DNA of 64,000 bases from Vicugna vicugna (taxonomy: Eukaryota): contig MU058475.1 in the NCBI GenBank assembly GCA_013265495.1, positions 186,001-250,000 of the forward strand, given 5' to 3'. A program made the translations under genes and the position numbers. Below, piece after piece: positions 34,976 through 53,783 of the stretch (position 1 is its first letter; every line of letters begins with the position of its first letter). The notes below the pieces were generated by a model. It was not told the DNA's origin, made no database searches, and was given only the letters and a program-made list of their open reading frames with translations.

Positions 34976-36316
34976 TAATTATCACATATGTAAGTTGCAT
35001 ATTGACATTGAGTTAAACTTTAAAAGATTAGGGGAAAAGTTGGGGAAAGAAACATAATCGGAAAGTTAAAAGTAGTGTCAGTGAGAAAAAGTCAGTAAGC
35101 CCGTATTTCATTAAAGAAGTTTTTCTGTTACCAAACCTCAGTTAGTATTTCTTTTGTTTGGGAATATCTCTTATATTCTGACTGAAGTTTGTGCATCAGT
35201 GAACAAATTAGGACTTAGGTTACAGAAGTTAGGTTCTGAGTCTGCTGGTATCTTCATTGGTTGCAGAGCAAAGTGCCGCTCTGTAGGCAATTGCTCGTTG
35301 GTGCTTTGTTACACGTCTTTGCAATTTGGAGAGTTGAAGGTTGGAAAGTAGAGAAGCTTTAGCATTTGTGGTAGGCTGAGGGGAAATAGATTAGAAATCA
35401 ACAGATTAGAAACAGATTAGGAACCAAGGAGTGCATTGCTGTTGTTAAGATTTCTTAAGCTTATTTGAGTAAAAATTAGTGTTAAATACAATGGAGACAA
35501 CCAGGATGATGAGCTCACGAGACTGGGTTAACATACACTCGTATGCTGGTATTAAGACAGCACAGAACGTGCCAAAGGTGGGTTATGTCGTTAACATGAG
35601 GAGCTACCACGTGTGGAGCACCGTCATACCTAGTAGTTCCTAAACCTGGCTACACCTGAGATTCCTTTTGGCCGCTTGACAGTCACCTGGTGGTCCTGGT
35701 AGGTACTATCCTTATCCCGGGAGAATGTTTTCCTTTTAGCATTTGTCACTGTTCATGCTCTTATCGACAGTTTTGGTATTGTGAGCTGAGGCCACACCTC
35801 CTTTCCTCCTGTTTACTAATAAGGAAACATGTCACAGTGATGGAAACTATATATGGCCAGCCCTCCTTCTAACACAGCACTTGTGAGTTATCTCACCGAA
35901 GTCTGTCTCTGACTTCTGAATGCGGTTAATAGACTTACAGATGAAGCTGCAGGTCACACGGGAAGCCAGGACACTAACCCGGTCTTCTGACTCTGCATTT
36001 TTGCCTTTGTGTGTGATTCATTTCATAGCAGTGCTGAGCAATTACTGTTGTGCTTTTAACTTTTAAAATTTAGTGTAACTTCAGAGAAGCTAGTAGAAGG
36101 AACTCTCCCACTGGAAACTTCTTATTGCCTCCAGGCGATGACAAAATTAGTTTTTTTAATTGATTCTTTACTAATAAATATTTTAAGATACCAAAACATT
36201 TATGTATTATAATATTCCCCAAGGTAAATTTTAAAGAAGAGTTTTCCCCCTGGCAAGTGTCTTTGGTTACGCACGGGATGTCTCTATAAATGTCCAGTGT
36301 CGTTTTTTCTTGGTAA

Positions 36317-36625
<309 letters not shown>

Positions 36626-37049
36626 TAATTATATGAAGGTGCAGGAAATGTCAAGGTAGGCGAGAAGAAAGAAATAATATTATTAGAGTAATAATAATGA
36701 CTGATACGTATTAAACACATATTGTGTGCTCTACATTTTGCTAAGCACTTCATATTATTTAATAATCAAGAAAAGTGTAGAATGTTTTCATAAACTGGTT
36801 GTTAATTACCTTTTCAATTGGAAAAGGTAGCCAGCAAATGATGCTACTTGATGATGTTTTATCCTCCACCTTTCTGTTAGACTGAAGAGAGATCAAAGGC
36901 CAAAATCTAGATGAGAATTTCCTCAGAGGTTTTTAACTTGAAGTGATTCTGAAGTCTCAGATCAGAATCATGAGCTTCATCATCATTACTGATATTTTGA
37001 AATACTGTGCGAATAGCCAGTGACAATAAAAAGCACTAATAATGAGCAC

Positions 37050-37180
37050 TCAGTGTGGGCCAGGCTCAGAGAGGCAAAGTAACTTGCTGAAAGTCACACA
37101 GCTGGTAGGTGACAGAGCTGGGATTTGAACCTCCATCTGTCTGGTCGCAAAGCCTGTGCTCTTCACCCCCTCAGCACCTT
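37050..37180 (-). mobile_element. MIR fragment
   Basis: AGGCTCAGAGAGGCAAAGTAACTTGCTGAAAGTCACACAGCTGGTAGGTGACAGAGCTGGGATTTGAACC. Confidence 0.75.
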
Positions 37181-38203
37181 GCCCACGTAGGTGTGCAGGT
37201 CTGCAGAGAAAACCAGTAGAGCCTGCTAACAAAAGAATGAAATAGTTGAGCTGCCTGATGGCTCACAGGCTTCAGTGGTTTTTGAAATTACGTTCTAAAT
37301 TGTGTAACTTTTAAAAATAATGGGCCAGCGATCACCACAGTGGGTTATTCTGGATGGTCCTTTGGCAATGTGGGGAGAAAACCTTACAACATCTCTATAT
37401 GTTGAAAGAAAAGTCTCTTTAGTTTTTATACATGCATTATAATTATATATTATATGTATTAGTATTATAGTACATGTATACGATTTATAACCTTATTAGG
37501 TATAACTGTGGAAAAAGTTTTTACAGGTGAGTTGTGTAATCAGAAGAATTTGGAGATCACTGGAGCAGGGTACATTAAGACATTTTTGTTTCAGCTTTTC
37601 CACAGCCAGCTGTTACTTGAACAGAGATAAACACATCTGTGTCATTGGGCTACTGATAACTTAGCAGTTAGAATAAATTTGATTCTCGGATGCTCTAAGG
37701 CTGGGAGCAAGTCACTTGGCTGATGAGTGAATTTGGGAATCTGCCTGGCCCTCATGATGTCTGGTGTTTGTGAATTTCAGTGTTTTGGAAGCAGTAGACC
37801 GTGGGTTTGCTGTATAAGTGTTAACTGGCAACATTTGCTTTCCTGTCTTAAGAATGCCTTTTGCTTTGTTTTTTTAAATAGAAATAGTATAACTGATCAT
37901 AAAAAATATATTTTGGACCACAGGATCATAACCCAAGGCCACTTGTCCATGTACCTGTAGCATCTAAGTTGAATTGCAGGTTTAGGATCTAAGAAAAAGT
38001 GAAATCTTTGGAGATTAAGCCTTGTAAAACTCAGCTCTCTAAAGAGGGACCGGACTTACAAAGGTACTGATCCTTTTCCCCAATTTATATTGGTAGGAGA
38101 TGGGTGTGTGAAGGAATTGACAGGTACTCCGCCTGCCTTTGGTGTGCAGATGTCAAGTTCATTTAGATGTGATGATCTGGGCATTTCTTTCTCATTAAGA
38201 TGA

Positions 38204-41710
<3,507 letters not shown>

Positions 41711-43760
41711 TAGCGCGTGACTCCCCCCCATGAGCCCACTTCCAGTGCCGTGTCCCCTGCACGTGGAAGCAGTTCCTCTCGCGGCTGGTTCCCCGCTTCG
41801 ACACCAGCAGCAGCTTTCCAGGTGTGTTGTTTCACACTTCACTTTTTTTTTTTTTGACTTATTTTGAAGATTGCGCTAGTTTATGGTTCTGAACCGTTCT
41901 GTTTTAGCCTTTTTGTGTCCTGGCCCCAGAGGTCAACGCGGACAGTTTGATCCTTATTCGTAGGCTCCTCTGTGTCAGATCGTCAGTGCCACCCATTTAC
42001 TTAAGAAAGATACAAAATCTGCCAACTTAAAAAAAAATGCAAGTGACTTAATTTATAAGGAACCTCATAAAATTCCTGGAGGGCAGGATGTCCTCCCCTG
42101 GGTCTCAGAACAGTACTAGCCCTCGTGGGGCTGTGGGCGTGCTCAGGTAGGGAAGTGTTAACCTGGGCTTTGTAAGAGAAGGGCCGGCTGGTCCGGGAGG
42201 GCTAAGGTGAGGCTGAGTGCTGGGCCCTGAATGATGCTCTGCTGTGTTCCTTACCGTGTGGTCCTCGTCTGCCTAGATTGTGGATTGACTGGAGAGCTTT
42301 AGTCTCACATGTTCTGTCTCACACTATCAGCACCTCTCTTAGGGAGTGGTGGTCACCCTTTGAACAGCGGCTAAAATTCAGTCTTCTGTGAACACTTCTA
42401 TTCTGGCATTCTAAATGAATGTCCGAAAAAAATGGCAGCCGGTGGTGAAGCGCTGGCCCCTTCATCCCTTTGTTAAACAGAATACAGTGTCCTCCTTTAT
42501 CCCTGCAGCCCTTGTGAGTCGAGGTGGCCTCTGAGTCCTAACTGTGTGTCTCTGGACCTCAGGGGCGGAGCCACCGTTGGGGTCAAGGACAGCCACCCCA
42601 CTGTGCCTTCAGGCCACAGGCCCCAGTGTTGCCGCTGGGTCCAGGCCTCACTCACCTGAGTGGCTGGACTCGGTCTAGAGAAGGGGCCAGAGTGGTGAGA
42701 TCTCTGGAGGAAAGGCCAGCTGAGGAGGGGCCCGAGGCTTTGGGCTGAGAGAGGGAGTGTTCAGGTGGCTACGGATAACCAGAGGGTGGCCACTTGTGTC
42801 CCCAGGGGTGATTCAGGTAGGTTTCAGCCCAGAAAAATGAGCTTTTATAAGGAATGCTTTCTGACAGTAGAACAGACCACCTCAATTCAGATACAGAAAA
42901 CCGTTACTTTAAAAAAAGGTTCATATATATGTGGAACTCTCTCCTACACCCGGAGATGAATGAAGTGCTGATTTTGACCTATCTAAGTAATCGGACATTC
43001 GCACACGTCACAGGATGACGAAATGCTGTGAAGTGAACCAGAACTGTGGGACTGGGCTGCGTGAGTGCAGGCAGAGCCTCCGCCGGGGCAGGTTGCTGGA
43101 GGGAGGGCAGGTGGGGTGGGGGCAGTGCCGACGCTGAGCCCTCCATGTGACGGGGTTCTGCAGGGCCGCTTCTGCCTGCTGGCCGTGGGAGTTGGTGCCA
43201 TTATGCCCATTTCACAGATGAGGGACTTGAAGCTCAAAGGGGTAGTGGATCCAGGATCTCAAAGCTTGTAGAAAACTTGAACCTGGATGTTATCTCTCGA
43301 AGCCCTGGTCCTGCCCGCCCCCAGTGCTGTCTAGTAAGCAGACTGGGACGCAGGAAGGTACTCCAGCCGTGTGGGATAGTCTGGTGGCTGAAACGAGGCT
43401 GGGGTCAGATTGTAAAGGGCCTTGAATGTCCTAACTGTGGGCTCTGTTATGAAACCCTGGGGCTCTGGGGACTTCAGGAGGCTTTCCTGCATTAAGCAGA
43501 AACAGCTGGATGACTGCAACAGGCAGTCCCTGAAAGTTGGGGGTTCTTTCCATCGCATCAACGTTCCCATCTGTCTAAAAGGACCACTCTGCCCTTGGGC
43601 CCCTACTGACTTTATAAAAGAATACAAGGAAACTAGAAAGAGGTTAAAGAAAGTGCCAGTCACCTGTCTCCCGGGGTCCAGAGCTAAGCCCTGCGAAACA
43701 GCTCTGTCCTCTCAGGCTTTCCTCCGGGCTGTGCTCAGCGCACGGGTGCCGTGTGTGTGA

Positions 43761-44372
<612 letters not shown>

Positions 44373-45042
44373 TAAAATTGACACTTTTAAGAAATTAAGT
44401 TTGGCTCATCCACTGCTTGAGATCTCTCGCATCATACTCTTTAAGAAATTTTACTTGGCTTGGTCACAGCCTGGATCCCACTTGAGAATCTCTCAGGGAG
44501 GCAGGCTGCCCTTCGGTCCTTTGCAGCTTAGGCGGCTTGGTAGTTGCTGATGAAGCCCTGCACCTGCACTTGGCGTTGCGTCTTTTGGGGGCCACTGCGT
44601 GGAGCCAGTGTGCTGGAATCCGGTCCTCTGAGCTGCCCCGTGCACTGGCCTGGCCAGATGCTGACCCTGCTCACGCAGGAGGAGGAAGGCCGGAGAGCTC
44701 GCTGTCTGGGGCAGGGTTGCAGCCCAGGCCTTTGGATTCTGAGCTTTCTCTGCCTCACGAGTGGCTTCTTGACTTCTGGTTATAATCAGCACAGGAGCTG
44801 GGTTTTGGTTTGGGTGGGAGGAGAGCTGGAGAGGGTAAATTAGGGGCAGCAGGGAGAACTCACATCTCCTGTGTGTGAGCAGGGGGCCCGGCTCTGTGCC
44901 ACCCCCACCCCTGTCTCATCACCTGTGACATATGCCCCTCTCTGGAAGTTTTCATTGTCTGCAGCGCAAATCAGGCCCCAGCTTTGAGAATGCATCTGGC
45001 CTTCCTTTCAGCAAGCCAGGGAAAAACAAACCATCAACTTCT

Positions 45043-45186
45043 TTTTTCTTTTTTAATTTTTTTTGGGGGGTGTAATTAGGTTTATTTATTTAGTTTTAGA
45101 GGAGGTACTGGGGATTGAACCCAAGACCTTGTGCATGCTAAGCATGTGCTCTGCTGCTGAGCTATATCCTCTCCGCCCCTCCCCAC
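45043..45186 (-). mobile_element. tRNA-derived camelid-type SINE (Vic-1-like) with a perfect 16-bp TSD
   Basis: CAAACCATCAACTTCT at 45027-45042 and 45187-45202 flanks an antisense SINE body. Confidence 0.9.
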
Positions 45187-45654
45187 CAAACCATCAACTT
45201 CTATTTAAACAAGTCAGATAGAGAAGAGTCATGAGACTGAACTGAGCATTCAGTGATGGAGAGGATTTGGATAGGGCCGTGGCAGGGGCATTGGTATGGA
45301 GACAGGAAGGAGGGTGGTGAGCAATTGTGTTTGAGTGTGAGAAGGTAGATGGTGACGGGGGTGCCAGAGGGTAGAAATATCCTGCAGGTGGATGGGAGAG
45401 GGGACAGGAGCTCAGCAGGGGAGGGGGAGGGGTGTGTCTAGTCAGAGGGAGGGAGGGAGGGAGAGCGGAGGGTAGAAGGCATTTCTTGGTGGTGGGTCTG
45501 CAGGGTTGGAGGGGAAGAAGGGGCTGGGGTGGGGCTGAAATGGATGGTGTGAGGTGCCCAGTGTGGTCACCAAAGTTATTTCCTTCCTTCTCATCCTTTA
45601 AAGCCATCACCTGATCTAAGTATTTCACCTTGTCTGTGTTTCGCTCAGCCCCTC

Positions 45655-45755
45655 CTATATTTATTTATTTAATTGAGTTACAGTCAATTTACAATGTTGT
45701 GTCAATTTCTGGTGTACAGCACAGTTTTTCAGTCATACGTGAACATACATATTCA
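45655..45755 (-). mobile_element. Short LINE-1 3' end
   Basis: TTGAGTTACAGTCAATTTACAATGTTGTGTCAATTTCTGGTGTACAGCACAG..CAGTCATAC, the same family as 28696. Confidence 0.75.
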
Positions 45756-46101
45756 GCCCCTCGTTTCATCTGCAGGCACAGGTGGTTCTTGCACAGGTAG
45801 GTTACAGTGGCCCTCTTGACGAGAGGGGCTCAGTGATGAGGTCGCTGTCCCCGTGTGTGGCCTTCTGTTTCACTGTCCTGGGGAGCCGCTACGGGAAAGG
45901 CCCTTCCTTTGCCACAGTGCTGCTCGTCTTGCTCCGTTTTCCCCTGACCGCTTGGGGATGTAAAAGGCCTCATCCAGGACCTGTTCTGGCCCCGACTCGG
46001 GCTCTGCTGGATCTCAGCGCTGGTGACCGGCTCCTTCCCCGGACTGACTTCCCGAGAGGGCCGGCCCTTCCCACTGCTCAGCTCTCTCCCTTTGCCCCTA
46101 G

Positions 46102-46401
<300 letters not shown>

Positions 46402-46546
46402 TAGGAGAGCTTCAGGAAGTGTTAGCCGGGGTGTAACAGGAGTGTGGTGACAGGGTTGTTTGGATTAGGTGAGACTAGAAGTTCTGGAGCTTTCTTGGTC
46501 CGCACAGAATTTTGTGGTCTATTTAGTGCATTCATTCATCTGTAGC

Positions 46547-46588
46547 TGTGTGTGTGTGTGTGTGTGCGCGCGCGCGCGTGTGTGTGTG
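46547..46588. repeat. Compound (TG)10(CG)6(TG)5 microsatellite
   Basis: Read directly from the sequence. Confidence 0.9.
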
Positions 46589-47751
46589 CATGTTTAAGTT
46601 ATGGTTTAGAAAAAAATGGCTTTAGAATAGGATAGTGGTGTTGCAGGTAGATTCTTGTTAATTCTACCCAAGTGTCAAATTGTGGCACCTGGTGGAGTCA
46701 CATGACTTTCTGTTTCATTAGCACAAAAGCCTAGTTGTGACTGGGGCTGTCTTCTGTTGCCTTCTGCTTCCTGCCCTCTAAAGAGTCTGCAGTCAGTGCT
46801 CTTACACTTGGGCTGGAGAGAGCAGTCTTTCACCATCGTGATCAGCCCTAATTCTAGCTCGTGCTCCCCGAGAGAGTCACTTGCGTTAGCATATTCTCAG
46901 GGCAAAAGGGCCTGAAGAGTAGAATTAATGTTCTCTTCTGCTCTTCTGTCTTCTTGCTTTGTTGTTTCCCTGGGCACCTGCATTAGCGGACGAATCCCAT
47001 TTGCACTTCGGTGTGTGGGAGGGGTGTGAGGGGGTAGAGGAGGGAAGGGGGCCCAGGGGGTGCCTGATCAGTGTGGGTGGGGTGCCTGTTAGGTCCACGC
47101 TGATATAAACACCAGGCTGGAGAGCACGTAGGTTCCTCGAGAGGCGATAGCACGAAGTCAGCACAGCCAGGGCACCCAGGAGGAGGTGAGCACTGGGGGA
47201 GACAGGCCCCAGGAGGTCTCCCCGCGGTGCTGTTTACAAACCGCCGTGTGTGGAGGACGGTCACAGGTGGGCTCTCCCAGGCCATTTAGGTAAGACTCCA
47301 GGCAGCCCCTCACCTTGTGTCACTTTATTCTCTAGAATAATAATTGAACGTCTTTAACTAGAGCCGAATTTTAAGAAATGTAACAAATGGAGTTTAATTA
47401 CAGACGTGTAGGGCTAATGATCTTTTGAGGAAAATACTGTTACATGTGTCTGATGTGATGTTTTCTTGTTCTGAGAAATCGGATGAATCAACTCTTTTAT
47501 AAGAAATTACTTCTCTTCGTGGTAGATGAGCCCCACAGAAAGTGTGGTCCAGGACGTCCAAGCCCATAGTAGGCCCCTCCACCCCGCCCCGCCTCGGGGG
47601 TTGGACACTGGTCCCCTTGTCTCTTCAGACTGCCCAGTGACCCCTCAGTTCATGCTGGAGGCTGGACATTCTTACCTCTGTCACTTCCACTTCTGTGCTG
47701 TTTCTCTGGAGAATCACCATCATTTTCTGTCCTGTGTTCCCTGCCCCATAG

Positions 47752-48217
<466 letters not shown>

Positions 48218-48579
48218 GAAGCAGCAGGAGAATAAAACTAATGACTCACGAAGCAGACTTTTTGCTTCCAGTGATTTCTAGAGCCAAAGTGATTCCTCAG
48301 ACATGGAAATGTCTGACTGCATCAGGCTAGGTGAGTCCATCTTTGTTGGAGTTGACACTCTGAACATGCTTGTGTACTAGGTGTTCCAGGAGCCCATAAG
48401 AAATCAGTCTGCTTTCATAGAGCATATATTTATATGTCAGTTACTCGCTTAGATCTCTTCTTGGGCATATAATTCACTTGGATGTAAGGAGTGAGGCATC
48501 CTGAGCTTGCATTTTATGGGGTGCTGCTTTCCAGATTAGACCGAGACTAGGAACATGTGCCCCGTAGAAAAGATTCTGG

Positions 48580-48790
48580 TTCAGCCAACATTTATTGAAC
48601 ATTTGCCGTGTGTCCCATTTCACCCCTGCAGCAAGTCTGTGTAGTAGTTGGCAATCCCGTTTTCTTGGCAGAGAAACTGATGCTCAGAGCTGCTAAATGA
48701 TTCAGCCAGTGTCAGCCAGCTGAGTCTGAATCTTAGCAACAAGACCGTGGATTTCTTTGGCCCGTGTTCTTTTCATTGTGCCACTGCTAT
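48580..48790 (-). mobile_element. MIR fragment
   Basis: ACATTTATTGAACATTTGCCGTGTG..AGAGAAACTGATGCTCAGAG..CAGCCAGCT. Confidence 0.5.
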
Positions 48791-49059
48791 ACGTGGGATG
48801 TGTGGGAACTCAGAAATGGGATAGATACACACATTCTTAGGCACATTCAAATATTTTTAAGTGTTTTCATGTTCTAAAGATGGAGACCTGCCAGCAGTGC
48901 AGTTTTAAAAAAATTTATTCTCTGGTAAGCTAAATACTCACGACGTTGCGCCTCCAGTGCCATCCCCTCCTAACTGTCGCCTCCAGCCCTGCCCATCCTG
49001 CCAGCATCTTTGTTATGGGATCTCTGCTGATTCCGAGATTTTGACTGTAGAGTAGAAAT

Positions 49060-49260
49060 GCAATACTAATCAATTACAACCCGAAACTGCAGATCTTGCA
49101 GAAGATGCAGGATTTCATGCGGTTGATGAAAGCAATGTTGGAAAGCTGTGTGACTCTCCTGCAAAACCAGTAACAGATGACCATGTAGCAGAATGAGACC
49201 ACTGAACGAGGGGAGAGGATTGACAAGGATAGTGATGCAGCATTGCAATGAGGAGTGATG
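49060..49260 (+). mobile_element. Probable TcMar-Tigger transposase fossil
   Basis: Frame from 49086 reads TADLAEDAGFHAVDESNVGKLCDSPAKPVTDDHVAE*, resembling the recalled Tigger/TIGD C-terminal pattern (IVDLAK..GF.EVDE.DV.ELL.SH...LTNEDL). Confidence 0.45.
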
Positions 49261-49454
49261 TGACTGAGAATAGCAGCTGACACGTGCTGCCTGTGGGGTG
49301 GGGCGGGGTGGGAGCAAGTGGGGCCCCACGTGTTGGGCCGTGTGCATCGTAGGTGGGAGCTGCTAAAAGCACCGGGCTGGAGTCTGCTTGAGTAAACCTG
49401 AAGGGACAAGCACAACACAAGCCCTGCCGGAGTAGCCAGTGGAGCGGTCGCAGC

Positions 49455-49640
49455 TGGCGCTGCTCTAAGCTCTTTACATGCTTTAACTTATTTAATCCTC
49501 AGCACAGCCTATTATCATCCTCATTTTGCAAATGAGCAAATGGGCACAGAAAGGCTGAGTGTTCGTCCAGGATCACACATTAAGCCAGGGTGTGAACGCA
49601 GAGAGCCTGGCCCTGGGTGTGTGTGCTTTTAATCACTGGG
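49455..49640 (-). mobile_element. MIR fragment
   Basis: TTTACATGC..TTATTTAATCCTCAGCACAGCCTATTATCATCCTCATTTTGCAAATGAG..CAGGATCACACA. Confidence 0.7.
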
Positions 49641-49847
49641 ATAGAGGATTGAGAGGGGTCCCTGGGAAATCTGATGAAGCTCTGGGATACTTTGGCCAAA
49701 ATGACCTCTTTCTCAACACGTTGCTAAAGTCGATCGTTTGACACAAAGAATGTGACGTTATGCTCTCCAGAATTTGGTTCGATAAATTATACCAAAGAAA
49801 AGAATCCCCACGCTTGACCTGCTGTTGGTTCGTTATAAGCATCAGAG

Positions 49848-50047
49848 CAGCGCTGTCCAGGAGCGCTCAGCGGTGGTGCGCGTGTTCTCCCTCTGCCTTG
49901 TCCAGCCCGGGAACCGCTGGCCACACGTGTCTTGACCACTTGAAATGTGGTGTAGGAATTATATGACTAGGAACTGAAATTTAATTTTCATTAATTTAAA
50001 CTTCAGTAGCCACATTGGCTCGTGGCTGCTTTATTGGATGGCGCATG
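49848..50047. mobile_element. MER3-like hAT-Charlie element
   Basis: CAGCGCTGTCCA..CACTTGAAATGTGG..GAACTGAAATTTAATTTT..TAGCCACATTGGCTCGTGGCTGC..ATTGGA; homologous to the element at 28558. Confidence 0.7.
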
Positions 50048-50528
50048 GCTTTGGTCGTGATCAAAGGACAGCTGAGGATAAAAGAGGCGTGTTTTATAGT
50101 TTGCATATCATTTTTGGGGATAAAGCCCCAGGCAGACCTTTTTATCACTATAAAATGTGAAGTTTTGTTTCTCATTTTAAATGGAGTTGCTTTATGTAAT
50201 CTTTTTTCTAGTGCCAATTATACTTGAATACATTGGTTACTGTGCCTTTTATTATTTACTTCTACCCATTTCCAGGATGCGCTAGTAACAGCTTAGAGTG
50301 AAAGACAGATTCAGCAAATTCTAAGCTAGGATTACTTTATCAGATTCCTAACATTATGCAGCATGGAAGCCCTACCCCAGACCATTAAAACGAATGTTAG
50401 AGTTAAGCAGGGTGAGCAATTTCCCCAGAAGATCCTGGCAAAAAAGAATTTGCCCCAACTGTTTTGAGTGTCCTGATAGACAAGATTAAGGCGGAAATAA
50501 ATGTGAGCTCCTTTAAAGTAGAACTTGA

Positions 50529-50675
<147 letters not shown>

Positions 50676-52309
50676 TAACGGTACCCGATACACAATTTCA
50701 AATGTGTCAATTTTTACAGATGTCTCTGGCCACATATGTTACTGAAGATAAAACCACCCCGTTGAGTTTAAGTAAGAGAAATATTCAGGTCATCAAATGA
50801 ATGCTCAAAACAATTTTAAAGAAATTTCCAACTGTCACTTTTTTTTTTTTTAACTATATCCACAACACAATGCATTTGACATCTGTTAATTGCAATAGTT
50901 GTTCTCTAGAAGAAAAAATGAATCTAGATTCAGGAAACATTTGCTCTCCTATGCAGGGGATATAAGAGCGACTCGGGTCCCATTCTTGCCCTGATGGAGT
51001 CCGTGGTTAACCGGGAGATGGAAAAGGAGCGGTCAGTTGTAGCGCGCTCTCGTTTTATAAGACGGTGGAGTTCCTGCAGCGCCCCATTCCAGCCGCATGC
51101 GTCTTGCCAGGGTTGTGTTTGTTTACCCGCGAAGCAAACTGCCATATGGCAGTCATATAAGCTATGTGTGCAGCTTGTTCTCTAGCCCTGAAGTTTGCTG
51201 ATTCTTGCTAAATGTCTAATTTGGGGGAGAGTCTCGTTAATTAGAAGTGTGCATATAAAGAGAGACTGTCTACACTGTGCTATTTCGAATTCGTGTAGCA
51301 TGGAACATGCCACCTGATGCGTCCCGCGGGAGGGCAGGGGGTCTGGTCAGACCACAAAGGAGGGCTTAGAGCTCAGCTGCGAGGGTGTCAGGGAGGACTC
51401 CGAGGCAGTGGTTCTGGACTGACTATGAGTATATAAGTGGTGAGAACTCCTCCCCACTGGTGTGAATCAGGGTAACAGGTTTGGACGTGTAGATTTAAGC
51501 TACTCAACCAGGTAACTTTTGAGAAGAGAGAAAAGTTAGAGTTAACACTGGACGATAATTCCCAAATCATTCTGCCTGGTTTTGGGGTCAGCCAGTGGCA
51601 CAATTCGGTCCTTGGCTTTTTCCCAGCCTGGTGCGGAGGAACACCAGGTGTCACGTGATGCTGTGAAGCGGCGCGCGGGGGCCTGGGGGCTGGGGGCTGC
51701 GATACAGGTCCCCCCACGCCGGCCTTGGGCAGGCGGCAGCGGCTGCCTGCAGCTCTGTGCTGAGGCCACGAGGATCGTGTCTGAACTTACAAGCCGGACC
51801 CCAGTTCTGGGTAGGCGTCTGCCTAGGCAGGAGCTGGGAGTTAGCCGCCAGGGGTCCCTGGCGCGGGCGGCAGTGCGCTGGGCGTGGTGTGTGCGTGTTG
51901 TAAACGCATCTTCTGCCGCAGGGCGCGTCCCCGCTGGCGGAGCTCAGCCACCCCGTCTGCCGAGCCTTGGTTCTCTGATGCGTTCACCGGGTAACCTAGG
52001 AGAATTTCAATTATTTGCTCTCTTTTTGTTGGTCTCTAATGTACTCTTTCATGACCACGCGGTGAATCTGGGCTCAAGTAGCAAGCGCCGGGTGTCCATG
52101 TGTGAACCGCGTGCGCGTCCTCAGGAGCCCAAAGAGAGAGGAGACATGGTGCTGTTGAGACTGAAAGTGCCTCCCTCCAGAACGTTGCCTGTTGAAATGT
52201 CCAGCGAGTGTTAACTTACACACTTTCACAAAACAACACCGATCTAGAAAAATTTCATATATGTAACGTATTTGTGTGTGTATTCAACATCTTAAAAAAA
52301 GACACCGTA

Positions 52310-52540
52310 CCTTCTAAAACTCAAGTTTATTGAGGCATATATGTAACAGCGTGCATCTGTTTAAAGTGTGTACTTTGATGAGTTTTGATAGGTAAATTCC
52401 ACCACAGTCAAAACACAGAGCATTTGTGTTACCCTCAAAAGCTCCCCTTGTGGTCTGTTCCCCTCCCCCTGCCCCTGGCTCCAGGCACCACTGATGTGCT
52501 TTTTGTCACTGTCGGTCTGTTTACATTTTCTAGAATTTTG
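52310..52540 (-). mobile_element. Old LINE-1 (L1MB-like) 3' fragment
   Basis: TTTATTGAGGCATA..TTTAAAGTGTGTACTTTGATGAGTTTTGA..CCAGGCACCACTGATGTGCTTTTTGTCACT..TTTTCTAGAATTT. Confidence 0.65.
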
Positions 52541-52897
52541 GAGAAAAAAAAAGGGGGTGCATAGTGCTCTGCTGATTGAAAGCCAGTGAAGTTGCTCTGC
52601 CTGAGCCCAGGTCCCCGCCTGGGCTCGGCTCTGCAGGCCTGGGGAGCGGGTGTCATGCCGGTCGTGGGAACATTCAAGGCTGTTAAAATTCTCGGGAGGA
52701 GTTTGTTAAGAAGACCTAGGTGATCCTGGCACCTCAGAGTGTGAAAAACTAGGAATCAGAAATAAATCTGAGAAGCCGGGGGGATATCCAGTAATAATTG
52801 AGTCTTACATCTATCTGTCTATTAAAGAAGAATCCTAGACAATGTTTGAAACTTAACAGGGCCAAGACATAATCAGGCCATCTTATCTCTCAAATCA

Positions 52898-53152
52898 GGG
52901 GGTGGGGATGGAGGGATAAATTGGGAGTTTGGGATTAGCAGATACAGACTACTGTATGTAAAATAGGTAAACAACAAGGTCCTACTGTGTAGCACAGGGA
53001 ACTGTATTCAGTACCTTGTAATGGCCTATAATGAAAAAGAATATGAAAAATAATACATGTATGTGTGACTGAATCACTATGCTGTACACCAGAAATTAAC
53101 ACAGACTTGTGAACCGACTAGACTTTAATTAAAAAAAAACCAACAAAAAAAC
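52898..53152 (+). mobile_element. LINE-1 3' fragment
   Basis: GGATAAATTGGGAGTTTGGGATTAGCAGATAC..AACAACAAGGTCCTACTGTGTAGCACAGGGAACT..ACACCAGAAATTAACACA plus A tail. Confidence 0.85.
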
Positions 53153-53513
53153 CCCCCAAAATCATATGTTGTCAAAAGCCATTTTTAAAGATAATTTTTC
53201 TTTTCCCCCCATTTGGAGCTTTCCTTGTACAGATCCATCTCCTTTTTAAATGTGATTGCAGTCCTAGATTTCATCCTAAAAATCTTGGTTATTCTAGTTA
53301 GATTCTTTAAAAAAAAAAAAACCATGGACTCTTGAGTATTTTAAGTGTTCTTCCCTTTGTAAGATGGTTAAATATTTGGACATATTGTCTCCCTCATTCT
53401 GGCTTCAAAATGAGCCAATTAAAGAGCCTGGAAAAAATGGGAGTTTTGACTACTTTTGGCCTATGTTGAAAGTACAAAATTAGAAGAGTTAAAACGTAGG
53501 AGTTTTGAACTAA

Positions 53514-53783
<270 letters not shown>

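Noticed and set aside
51582..52214. 210-aa ORF in a CpG-rich patch of a URB2 intron
   Set aside because: Non-ATG start and no recognisable domain; URB2 exons already join in frame without it.
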